Positions 1-8,156 of a stretch of 64,000 nt of DNA are shown piece by piece (the first letter of the stretch is position 1; each line of letters begins with the position of its first letter). Below the pieces are notes generated by a model, which saw only the letters and a program-made list of their open reading frames with translations, had not been told where the DNA came from and ran no database searches. The position numbers were made by a program, and so were the translations under genes. The stretch is taken from assembly GCA_027023265.1 (NCBI GenBank), contig JALVVV010000055.1, positions 19,907 to 83,906 on the forward strand, written 5' to 3'. Source of the stretch: DHVE2 group archaeon. GTDB lineage: Archaea; Thermoplasmatota; Thermoplasmata; Thermoplasmatales; Aciduliprofundaceae.

Positions 1-945
1 GACGAAAAAGATGTGCTGGTATCCACTGAAAATCTTGACGTGACTTCCATGGAACCATGTGGAAATCGAGGTTACGGGGTGATAGTTCACGACACCAAAA
101 TGGCTACATATTTTGAGGATATCTTTAAAGATGATACAAAAAGGGTTCAGGACATAAAGCAGTACCGTGGGGAGTACAAATATGTTACATGCAATTTCTC
201 ACACAGATTGGAAGCAAAAACCTCACATTTCAAGCCGGTAAATCTAACCGCTGCTCTTGAAACGGTAATAGCTCCAGATTACGCATTGCAGGAATTTGAT
301 AAATTTGCTGATTCGGAAAATGATTTTTACGTGGAGGCCCTGTACATAAAGGACTATGCCCTCTCAAAACTATATCATAAAACAAACGCAATTCTGGCAG
401 AGCATACTATAAAGGGATACAACATGAAAAAATTTCATGTACAGGGATTGAGATTGCTCCACGCCAAGCTGGTGATTGGCACCGAATCTATTTTAGTGGG
501 AAGTATGAATTTAGGGTTATCATCAATGACGAAAAACAGAGAGGCATCGCTTATAATCCATGGAAAAAATGCGGTGAGTTTTTTCAAAAAGGTGTTCCTG
601 CACGATTTAAATGGGGGAAATAATGGATTGAGCATAATAAAGATAAGCAAAAAAAGCAACGGAATATGGGTATCTATAGCGCCCACGGGCAAAAAAGCTA
701 AAGAATACAGAATTTATGTAGATAATAAACTGGTGTACGATGGAAAAAACAGCAAAGTAAAGATAAATGTTAATCCAGGAACCCACACGGTAAAATGTAT
801 CACCACATTTGAAGATGGAACAAAAGATACGTTCATCAGAAAAATAGAAGTGGAAAGCCCTAAGAAAGAGATAAATATAAAATACTTGTTAGTCATTTTA
901 GTCTTTGCAGGATTCCTCTACAAAATTTGGAAGCGCAAAGGCTGA
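1..945 (+). CDS. Phospholipase D / HKD-superfamily protein, 5'-truncated by the window edge, with a C-terminal beta-rich domain and a single TM anchor
   Basis: The frame is open from nt 1 (gac gaa aaa gat gtg...). HKD-like motif HAKLVIGTESILVGSMN, plus an upstream STENLD...NRGYGVIVHD that looks like the tail of a first HKD half. C-terminal hydrophobic YLLVILVFAGFLY followed by KIWKRKG. Confidence 0.6.
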   Translation, partial: DEKDVLVSTENLDVTSMEPCGNRGYGVIVHDTKMATYFEDIFKDDTKRVQDIKQYRGEYKYVTCNFSHRLEAKTSHFKPVNLTAALETVIAPDYALQEFDKFADSENDFYVEALYIKDYALSKLYHKTNAILAEHTIKGYNMKKFHVQGLRLLHAKLVIGTESILVGSMNLGLSSMTKNREASLIIHGKNAVSFFKKVFLHDLNGGNNGLSIIKISKKSNGIWVSIAPTGKKAKEYRIYVDNKLVYDGKNSKVKINVNPGTHTVKCITTFEDGTKDTFIRKIEVESPKKEINIKYLLVILVFAGFLYKIWKRKG

Positions 946-1710
946 TCGATAAATATCCGGGTTGAAGTACTTAGTTCTTAAGCTAATGTTTCTCCGTAGT
1001 TTTATCTCCTCATCACTTGCTATGGAAAATGTCCACATGCCTGAAGGATACGTGGGTATGTACGCGAGGTATGTACGCGCATACTTGAAAGTACCACGTA
1101 GATTTCTCTTAACCTTGCAAAACTCTTCTGGATGGTAAAAAGGTGTGCCACTCTGCTGAGCTACAATACCTTTTGGCGCCAATGCGTTTTTCACGTTCTC
1201 ATAAAACTTTTTCTCAAACAATCCTGCGGCGGGGCCAACGGGATCTGTGGAATCAATTATTATAACATCGAACCCGCCATGTTCCTCAACAAACTTTATA
1301 CCATCTTCCACGTGTAAATGCACCCGGCTGTCCTCGTAAGACTTGGCTATGCCGGGGAGATACTTCCTGCTTAACTCGACAACCTTCTCGTCAATTTCTA
1401 CAACATGCACTTCCTCAGGTTCATGTTTTAGAGCTTCTCTGGCGGCACCTCCATCTCCCCCTCCGATTATAAGAACGCGTTTGGGATTGGGATGCGTGAG
1501 CATAGGAACATGAACGATCATCTCGTGATACACGAACTCATCGCGCTCTGTAGTTTGTACGGTGCCATCAATGACCAGAAGATTGCCGTAGTCATAGGTC
1601 TCGAAAACGTGTATGTCCTGAAATTCAGAACGAACATGCTCTAATTCTCCCTTTATTCTGAATCCCAATCGCACATTGTGGGTGTGCATCTCATCGAACC
1701 AGAGCTCCAT
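898..1710 (-). CDS. speE: Spermidine synthase (aminopropyltransferase)
   Basis: Motifs IIGGGDGGAAREALKH, VVEIDEKVVELSRKYLP and DVIIIDSTDPVGPA. ATG at 1710 gives MELWFDEMH, typical of SpeE N-termini, with an AT-rich TATA-like stretch just upstream. The ORF-track extension to 1830 looks non-proteinaceous. Confidence 0.9.
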   Translation of the reverse strand: MELWFDEMHTHNVRLGFRIKGELEHVRSEFQDIHVFETYDYGNLLVIDGTVQTTERDEFVYHEMIVHVPMLTHPNPKRVLIIGGGDGGAAREALKHEPEEVHVVEIDEKVVELSRKYLPGIAKSYEDSRVHLHVEDGIKFVEEHGGFDVIIIDSTDPVGPAAGLFEKKFYENVKNALAPKGIVAQQSGTPFYHPEEFCKVKRNLRGTFKYARTYLAYIPTYPSGMWTFSIASDEEIKLRRNISLRTKYFNPDIYRSAFALPNFVEESCKD

Positions 1711-2083
1711 GGAGGATAGGGATATATGCTCGATATTTAAATCTCTCCACGATTTTAACCATGTTCTAAATGCACTTGTGAAATTCCCTATGTTTTTAAT
1801 TCTGCATTGTTTATGACGGAATATGTGCATTTTTATGTTTACAGGGTTAGTTGAATTCCTTGAAAAACATGGAAAAGAGAGATAAAAACAGGGTAAAAGT
1901 ATATATAGTAATATAAGCCAGCCCTAAGTAATAGAAATCCTCTGAGATTCCTGCTTGAAATCCGTTCTATTAAAGCGGAATTTCCGTTTTATTTGGTCAT
2001 TTAACCCAATCTTGTTGGATTGCAACGCACCTAAAATCAAGGAAATTCTTAAATATGGGAGCATGTATTACGGTCATGGGCAT

Positions 2084-2158
2084 AGCGGGGTGGGGTAGCC
2101 AGGAAATCCCGCCGGGCTCATAACCCGGAGATCGGTGGTTCAAATCCACCCCCCGCTA
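2084..2158 (+). tRNA. Initiator tRNA-Met (CAU)
   Basis: Cloverleaf folded by hand. Acceptor AGCGGGG/CCCCGCT gives the A1:U72 pair. Anticodon stem CCGGG/CCCGG has three consecutive G:C pairs. Loop CTCATAA. T-loop TTCAAAT. Confidence 0.9.
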
Positions 2159-2205
2159 CTTTTTGCGAGGGATAAGGTAATATACTCCTGCTCTTTTATA
2201 CCATT

Positions 2206-3183
2206 GTGTTCACCAAAATACCAACAGTGCTTAAATCAGAGGAAATAATCGACAAGATGTTCCGCCGAGCTAAAAAAGTAGAGGTGGGGTATTCTAAAAA
2301 TCGTCTTGCTATGGAAAAGAATCTGAGTATTGCCAAGATATACACTGCTCGAGACGTTGCAGTTACAACTTTGAGAAAATATGTCAGTTCTTTTCCCTAT
2401 ATTAACAAGCTTCATCCCTTTTATCGCTCTCTTTTAGATATCCTCATAGATAAGAACATGTACAAAAAGAGCCTTTCGTCGGTGAACTGGGCTGCAAATA
2501 GAATTGAATCTCTGGCTTCAAAGTATGCATCAAAGATAAAAGGTGTTGGAAAAGTAGAAGATGCTCTAAAATTCAGAAGGCAGTTTTACGGGAGAGCCGC
2601 ATCAATTTTAAAAGATATAAGAAAGGAGCTTGATTACCTGAATCATGCAAGAGATGTTATACGCAAGTTGCCTGATGTGAGGGTTGATTTACCCACAATA
2701 GTAATTGCGGGATATCCTAATGTTGGTAAGTCTGAGCTGGTAGCAAGGATAAGCTCCGCGAAACCAGAAATTGCGAGTTATCCATTTACGACTAAGGGGA
2801 TAGTTTTAGGTCATTATGAAGATTCCAATGTTAGAGTTCAGGTTATCGATACACCCGGGCTCTTGGACAGGCCCATTGAAGAAAGAAATAATATAGAAAG
2901 GCAAGGAATCCTTGCTCTCAGATACCTGGCAAATCTGATAGTGTTCCTTTTAGATCCGTCGGAAACATGCGGCTATACTATGGAAGAGCAGGAGCGACTT
3001 TTAAGTGAGGTAAAGAGGGATTTTCATGTTCCCGTGCTTGTGGTTGAGAATAAAGTGGATTTAAAGAATAGCGAATCTTCGAGGTTGAAAATATCTGCAA
3101 AGACTGGAGAAGGAGTAGATGCACTCATTTCTGAGATATTATCCCTTTTAAATAAACATGTTGAGGAAGACTCAAAATCTTAA
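2206..3183 (+). CDS. Nog1-family GTP-binding protein
   Basis: G1 GYPNVGKSELV, G3 DTPGLLDRP, G4 ENKVDL. A long helical N-terminal domain precedes the G domain, as in NOG1. GTG start. Confidence 0.8.
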   Translation: MFTKIPTVLKSEEIIDKMFRRAKKVEVGYSKNRLAMEKNLSIAKIYTARDVAVTTLRKYVSSFPYINKLHPFYRSLLDILIDKNMYKKSLSSVNWAANRIESLASKYASKIKGVGKVEDALKFRRQFYGRAASILKDIRKELDYLNHARDVIRKLPDVRVDLPTIVIAGYPNVGKSELVARISSAKPEIASYPFTTKGIVLGHYEDSNVRVQVIDTPGLLDRPIEERNNIERQGILALRYLANLIVFLLDPSETCGYTMEEQERLLSEVKRDFHVPVLVVENKVDLKNSESSRLKISAKTGEGVDALISEILSLLNKHVEEDSKS

Positions 3184-3429
3184 ACCGAGATTCTTTTTCA
3201 GTTCTATGATTTTTTCTCTTGCTTCATCCATGCTCATAAATGATGGGAGAACCACTTTTTCAATCCTGCTGAGAAGAATTAGAATATCTTTTTCGTTTAG
3301 CTTTTCTTCTAAAGCTCCGGTCATTTTAAGCTGTCTCTTGACTACCAATGGGGCAATATTTTGGGGGTACCACTTTTCCATAAATTTGCTTATCTCTTCA
3401 ATCATATCATGGGGACTCATATGTGACAT
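3172..3429 (-). CDS. Small hypothetical protein (85 aa), directly downstream of the Roadblock-like gene
   Basis: The ORF starts one nt after the stop of the upstream gene (3430). Helical, charged composition. No motif recognised. Confidence 0.45.
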   Translation of the reverse strand: MSHMSPHDMIEEISKFMEKWYPQNIAPLVVKRQLKMTGALEEKLNEKDILILLSRIEKVVLPSFMSMDEAREKIIELKKNLGLRF

Positions 3430-4146
3430 CTAATCACCGGCAGTATTTTCTAGCAAGTATGATAGTATGTTGATCACAGTGTCCACCTTCCCTGTGGTGA
3501 ACATTGCCGCTGCTACCCTGTCTTTGTACGGGAACATCCAGCCGCTAACTTTAGACCAGTCCACTTCCATGTACTTTCCACCTCCAAACCCCGAGTTGCC
3601 CATAAACATGAATTTTTCAAAAATTATCTGTGTGGCTTTTTCAAATATATCCCTTACTTCTTCTTCCGTGTATTCACTATTCCCTAACTCCCTAATCTTC
3701 TCCATATCTATGTATGTGTGTTCGGAATTGCCATTGAAATCGCCTATGCCAAAACCTATTAATCCAGGAATTTGCTCGGTATCTTTCGGGTCAATCTCAG
3801 AAATTATTTTTATGATTAGCGATTCTAAATTCATGCTGGTGGCAAGCATTAACACTTCGTTCTTCAGCTGGAACATGAAAAGATAGTTTTCAAATTCTTC
3901 GTAATTCCAAAGCACCTCCAGATACTTGCCTTTGAGATACGGCATGTTTACCATATCTCCCATGCTCACCATTGTCCAGAAAAAGCTTCTTGTTGCTCTG
4001 AGAAATCGCTCCTCATTTTCTTTATTTTTTGAGCGATACGCTGGAATTTGGCCATCATCTAAAATTATGGCAGCCCACAGCACCTCCTGCTTTTGGACAA
4101 ACATATCTACAAACTTTCTGTAATTTTTTTCGTCCATTTTAAACAT
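3430..4146 (-). CDS. Hypothetical protein, possibly a tandem Roadblock/LC7 (longin-like) domain protein
   Basis: Two segments fit the Roadblock pattern by eye: VLWAAIILDDGQIPAY...NEVLMLATSMNLESLIIKI and GLIGFGIGDFNGN...DRVAAAMFTTGKVDTVINIL. Not verified by profile search. Confidence 0.5.
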   Translation of the reverse strand: MFKMDEKNYRKFVDMFVQKQEVLWAAIILDDGQIPAYRSKNKENEERFLRATRSFFWTMVSMGDMVNMPYLKGKYLEVLWNYEEFENYLFMFQLKNEVLMLATSMNLESLIIKIISEIDPKDTEQIPGLIGFGIGDFNGNSEHTYIDMEKIRELGNSEYTEEEVRDIFEKATQIIFEKFMFMGNSGFGGGKYMEVDWSKVSGWMFPYKDRVAAAMFTTGKVDTVINILSYLLENTAGD

Positions 4147-4243
4147 CTCCCATCTGTGATTTAACTTATTTTATAACTGTAATAGGGAGTTTGATGATAA
4201 AAAGGTAATGGTAAAAATCATCATTTAATACAGGTGATTTCTC

Positions 4244-4861
4244 TTATATTTTGATTTGTCTATGAATTAGCGGATTTATGGCATTTTCCAAGTTTTCGTC
4301 TTTAACCATTATGCCCTTGCAATTTGCAATCATTGCTGCCTCCATGTCTTTATACGAATCACCTATTACGTAGCACTCTTTGCACCCGAGTATTTTCCTA
4401 ATCTCTTTTAGAAGCCCGAGCTTGGGCATATTATTTTCTAAGAATTTATAATCCTGATAGTCCTTGCCGAATATCCCGTCGAATAAATTTGCAATTCCCA
4501 ATTTTTCAAGGACGTATTCCACGCATTCTTTCGATGATGCGCTCCACGCGATTTTTATCCCTCGAAGCTCGGAAATCTTTTCAACTCCGCGATTCTTCTT
4601 CAAACGCCCCTGCGAGAACATCATCTTCCTGTATTCCAGATTTCTCTTATCCACTTCTCTCCAGAATTTTTTCCAGTCCCCCCATTTACCCGGGTATTTT
4701 CGGGATATTTTTCCATCTAGCATGGCGCGCCATGTGTTCAAATTCAAAGGAATGTTCATCTCCCTCGCCACAGGCTCCGCTATGAACTCATACCACTCTT
4801 CGAAATCGAAATCCACGTACTCCACGAGGGTGTCATCCACGTCGAATATCCAGCAGGTCAC
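4244..4861 (-). CDS. HAD-superfamily hydrolase
   Basis: N-terminal DxD motif [12 protein letters not shown] and C-terminal [10 protein letters not shown]. The GTG start overlaps the TGA stop of the upstream gene (GTGA). Confidence 0.8.
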   Translation of the reverse strand: MTCWIFDVDDTLVEYVDFDFEEWYEFIAEPVAREMNIPLNLNTWRAMLDGKISRKYPGKWGDWKKFWREVDKRNLEYRKMMFSQGRLKKNRGVEKISELRGIKIAWSASSKECVEYVLEKLGIANLFDGIFGKDYQDYKFLENNMPKLGLLKEIRKILGCKECYVIGDSYKDMEAAMIANCKGIMVKDENLENAINPLIHRQIKI

Positions 4862-5832
4862 AAGGCTGCCATCTCCAAATCCAGAATATCCAGTAACTGT
4901 TTATAGCTATATCCCAAAGACACGTCTAAATTTCGAAATAGATATCTTACAGGTAAAATTTTTGGTTTTGATGGGATATATTTTGGAAAATCCTTGGCTA
5001 TTAATACCCCTCCTATGGCCTCAGAACCGAATTCTTCAATGTATCCTTTTAATTGATCAAAATCTTTTCTTGATGCTTTTCCTGTCTTTACTTCTACTAA
5101 TAAGTACTTATTTTTCCCAATTGGATGTTTTTGTTTTATAAATATATCAACGAACCCTTCTGGCAGAGCTTTCTCACCAAGAACTTCAAAATCATCCACC
5201 GGATTCTCCACCCTAAAATACTCTAAGATTTCGGATAGCGCTTTTGCTTTTATTTTCCTTCTTATAAGTGACTGCAATATCAGTTCCTTAAAATAGAATT
5301 TTTCTGGGATTTTTTGAAAATCTCTTTTGAAGACTATTTTTGGCTCAAAAACTTTACCATCTAAATTAATCTTTTCAGATTTGCCATAAAATGAGTTTCC
5401 CATTTCTGATACCTTATAAAAAGTGAGTGTATCTGCCTGAAAATGTGTTTTACGGTATCCTCCCCTCAATAGTAAATTTTCTGCGACATAGGAAAATTCA
5501 GGTCTTACCATGGGTTCATCCAATTCTCTTTCTTGAGTCAAAAATAATCTAAAAGGGAAATAATAGGTATTTCCAGACATCCTAAATGTAACAGGTGGCC
5601 AAGGGGGAAGATTCTCTGCATTTTTATATGCAACTTTTTTAATTACTCGATATAGATTCTTAGCTCTTGCACCGTATAGAAAGGAGATGTAGTCACCTTC
5701 ACTAATGTCCAAAAATGTCCAGAGTCCATTTACGCTGTTAGTAAACCCAGCCATTGCATATTTTATGCAAAGATTCAAATTTTTTCTATTTGAAACCGAT
5801 ATTAAAAAATAATTGTGGTTTTTCTTCATCAT
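4858..5832 (-). CDS. Fusion protein: N-terminal PUA-like (EVE/ASCH-type) domain plus C-terminal NucS/DUF91-like PD-(D/E)xK nuclease domain
   Basis: C-terminal GFVD(229)IFIKQ...KYLLVE(247)VK(249)[19 protein letters not shown] matches the D...ExK plus QL..Y pattern of NucS-type nucleases. The N-terminal [24 protein letters not shown] resembles EVE/ASCH beta-barrels. Strong SD GAGGAGTGA lies upstream of the ATG. Two 60-nt lines I counted were 25-28% GC. Confidence 0.7.
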   Translation of the reverse strand: MMKKNHNYFLISVSNRKNLNLCIKYAMAGFTNSVNGLWTFLDISEGDYISFLYGARAKNLYRVIKKVAYKNAENLPPWPPVTFRMSGNTYYFPFRLFLTQERELDEPMVRPEFSYVAENLLLRGGYRKTHFQADTLTFYKVSEMGNSFYGKSEKINLDGKVFEPKIVFKRDFQKIPEKFYFKELILQSLIRRKIKAKALSEILEYFRVENPVDDFEVLGEKALPEGFVDIFIKQKHPIGKNKYLLVEVKTGKASRKDFDQLKGYIEEFGSEAIGGVLIAKDFPKYIPSKPKILPVRYLFRNLDVSLGYSYKQLLDILDLEMAAL

Positions 5833-6078
5833 GTATCACTCCTCTTTATGTTTATTTTAGTGATCCTTTCAAGAATTTTCAATCGATTCTTTAGTGATAT
5901 ATCTCTCTTTTCTCGGGATTTTATTCTCATTTGTATCTCTGTTGGTTAGGATTTTTGAATATTTTAAATCTTCCCATGGTTTTGGTGTGTTGGTCTATCA
6001 TTTATTTGCTGTGGAAATTTACATACTGTGTATTTTTCTGCCAAAAAACTTTATGAGCCACGCGGCATATCCCCGCGC

Positions 6079-7755
6079 ATGGACGAGCTTCGTGAAATCA
6101 TTCTCAAGTACGCCCTCCAGAACGCAATTTTGCACGACGGCAAGGCGAACTACAAGGCGGTTATGGGGAAAATAATGGCTGAGAATCCGGAATACAGGAA
6201 AAGAGCGAAGGAGCTGATTCCTGAGGTGAAAAAGATAGTGGAAGAAATAAATGCGATGAGCGTTGAAAAACAGAGAGAAGAATTGGAGAAGATTGCCCCG
6301 GAACTTTTAGAGCGAAAAAAGAAAGAGGAAAAGAAAGAATTGGAAGATTTGCCAGATGTGCACGGCGAAGTGCGCATGCGCCTCGCTCCGAGCCCGTCGG
6401 GACCCATGCATTTAGGGCAATCGAGAATGGCAATTCTGAACGATGAGTACGTTAAAAGATATGGCGGAAAGTTGTTTTTGAGGATAGAAGACACGAATCC
6501 TCACAATATCCTACCGGAAGCGTACGATATGATTCCCGAGGATTTGGAATGGTTGGGCGTGAAGATTCACGAGCTCGTGATTCAAACGGATAGATTCGAA
6601 ATTTACTATGATTACGCACGCAAACTGTTGGAGATGGGCAAAGCGTACATCACCACAGTGCCCGCGGAAGAATGGCGGAAGTTGAAAAATGAGGGGAAGC
6701 CCACGGTGGACCGAGAATTACCGGTGGAGGAGCAATTAGAGAGATGGGACAAGATGCTCAACGGAGATTACGGGGATGGAGAGGCGGTGTATGTCGTAAA
6801 GACCGATTTGAGCCATCCCAATCCTGCAATTAGAGACTGGGCCGCGTTTAGGATAGTGAAGGATGTGGAGCATCCCCGCGTCGGAAACAAGTACATAGTT
6901 TACCCGCTCATGAATTTCTCGGTGGCGGTGGATGACCACGAATTAGCTCTTACACATGTGCTTCGTGGTAAAGACCATCTCAACAACACGTACCGCCAGG
7001 AGTACATGTTCGATTACTTCAGATGGAAGAAGCCCGTTTATATCCACTATGGCTGGGTCACCATGAAGGACACGATTCTCAAGACTTCGCTGATAAAAGA
7101 GGGAATAAAGAAAGGCGAGTTCACAGGCTGGGACGACCCTCGTTTGGGAACTCTCCGCGCCCTCGCAAAAAGGGGAATACAGCCGGAAGCGATAAGGAGA
7201 TACTGGATCGAAGTCGGTCTGAAATCAGTGGATATCGAGTTCTCGTGGGATAACCTATACGCGTACAATCGCGAAATCGTTGATCCTATTGCGAAGCGCT
7301 ATTTCTTCGTTTGGAACCCGAAAAAAATCGAAATCAAAGGAGTGGATGAATTGCAAGCTAAGGCGCCCTATCATCCAAGCGAGGACATGGGGTTCAGGGA
7401 ATATAATCTGGAAAAGCCGGTGCGCGTGTTCGTTGTGAGCGATGAATGGAATTCGTTAGAGGACGGAAAGTTAATTCGTCTCAAGGACCTGTGCAACGTG
7501 GAAAAGAATGGAGACGAAGGGACATATAAGGGCAACGACGTGTCCGTGATAAAAAGAGGTGCAAAAATCATTCACTGGTGCCCGGAAAATTCGCTGCCGG
7601 GGGAGGTTCGGATGCCAGATGGAACCGTTTTAAAAGGTGTGGTAGAGCCTCTTGCAGGGGAAAGCGCTGGAACCGTGGTACAGTTTGAGCGCTTCGGATT
7701 CTGCAAAATTTACAGGGAAGCGGGGAAAATAGTGGGGTACTTCGCCCACAGGTAA
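6079..7755 (+). CDS. gltX: Glutamyl-tRNA synthetase (archaeal type)
   Basis: Class I signature APSPSGPMHLGQSR and VLRGKDH. The N-terminal region LKYALQNAILHDGKANYKAVMGKIM is typical of archaeal GluRS. ATG at 6079 has a TATA-like ctttatga about 27 nt upstream. The ORF-track start at 6028 is probably too long. Confidence 0.9.
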   Translation: MDELREIILKYALQNAILHDGKANYKAVMGKIMAENPEYRKRAKELIPEVKKIVEEINAMSVEKQREELEKIAPELLERKKKEEKKELEDLPDVHGEVRMRLAPSPSGPMHLGQSRMAILNDEYVKRYGGKLFLRIEDTNPHNILPEAYDMIPEDLEWLGVKIHELVIQTDRFEIYYDYARKLLEMGKAYITTVPAEEWRKLKNEGKPTVDRELPVEEQLERWDKMLNGDYGDGEAVYVVKTDLSHPNPAIRDWAAFRIVKDVEHPRVGNKYIVYPLMNFSVAVDDHELALTHVLRGKDHLNNTYRQEYMFDYFRWKKPVYIHYGWVTMKDTILKTSLIKEGIKKGEFTGWDDPRLGTLRALAKRGIQPEAIRRYWIEVGLKSVDIEFSWDNLYAYNREIVDPIAKRYFFVWNPKKIEIKGVDELQAKAPYHPSEDMGFREYNLEKPVRVFVVSDEWNSLEDGKLIRLKDLCNVEKNGDEGTYKGNDVSVIKRGAKIIHWCPENSLPGEVRMPDGTVLKGVVEPLAGESAGTVVQFERFGFCKIYREAGKIVGYFAHR

Positions 7756-7757
7756 AC

Positions 7758-7765
7758 TTTTTTTT
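7758..7765 (+). terminator. Oligo-T tract (T8) immediately after the gltX stop
   Basis: taaacTTTTTTTTgc follows the stop. Archaeal intrinsic terminators are oligo-T runs. Confidence 0.4.
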
Positions 7766-7808
7766 GCTTAACAATCTCTAAATTTTTAAAGAAAATAAAG
7801 AATAAATA

Positions 7809-8060
7809 TTACGCGCTGGAAATTCCCACGTATGATGGGAACTTTTTGAGGAGAATAACATCGCCTACCGCTTTTACCCATCGATACGGTACAGATACGG
7901 GAACTCCGTCTTCCACCAAGAGCGGATTTGAGCGCTCTATGTACAGCCCGTAAATTTTATGCTCTTCTATATCTATCAAAATATCCTCAACTGTCCCGAG
8001 CAAGTATCCTTTATCCGTATACACTTCAAGACCTATGAGCTCTGTTGATTCCGTCATCAT
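7809..8060 (-). CDS. PRC-barrel domain protein
   Basis: LIGLEVYTDKGYLLGTVEDILIDIEEHKIYGLYIE is the characteristic PRC-barrel pattern. 83 aa. Confidence 0.7.
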   Translation of the reverse strand: MMTESTELIGLEVYTDKGYLLGTVEDILIDIEEHKIYGLYIERSNPLLVEDGVPVSVPYRWVKAVGDVILLKKFPSYVGISSA

Positions 8061-8156
8061 TTTAATCCCCTTGGTGAATTGGCTTACTATTATTTAAAAC
8101 TTACCAGATTGAACTTCGGAGATAATGTTAAATACCCACTTGGTTATTTTGAATCG

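Noticed and set aside
4192-4223. TGATGAT-N18-ATCATCA inverted repeat; on the minus strand ATGATGA resembles a C box
   Set aside because: No D box (CUGA) or C'/D' elements lie at the proper spacing, so this is not a C/D sRNA. It may simply be a weak hairpin in the spacer downstream of the HAD gene. Similar C-box-like strings at 14840-14890 and 21330-21372 also lack a complete box set.
4464-5141. 225-aa + strand ORF spanning the HAD/nuclease junction
   Set aside because: It is antisense to two motif-bearing genes. Composition is Ser/Phe/Leu-rich with no motif.
5894-6078. 93-aa ORF and the 17-codon 5' extension of gltX
   Set aside because: The hydrophobic, low-complexity ORF overlaps the gltX promoter region. 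GluRS homology begins at the MDELREIILKYALQNA start (6079), which has a TATA-like box at about -27.
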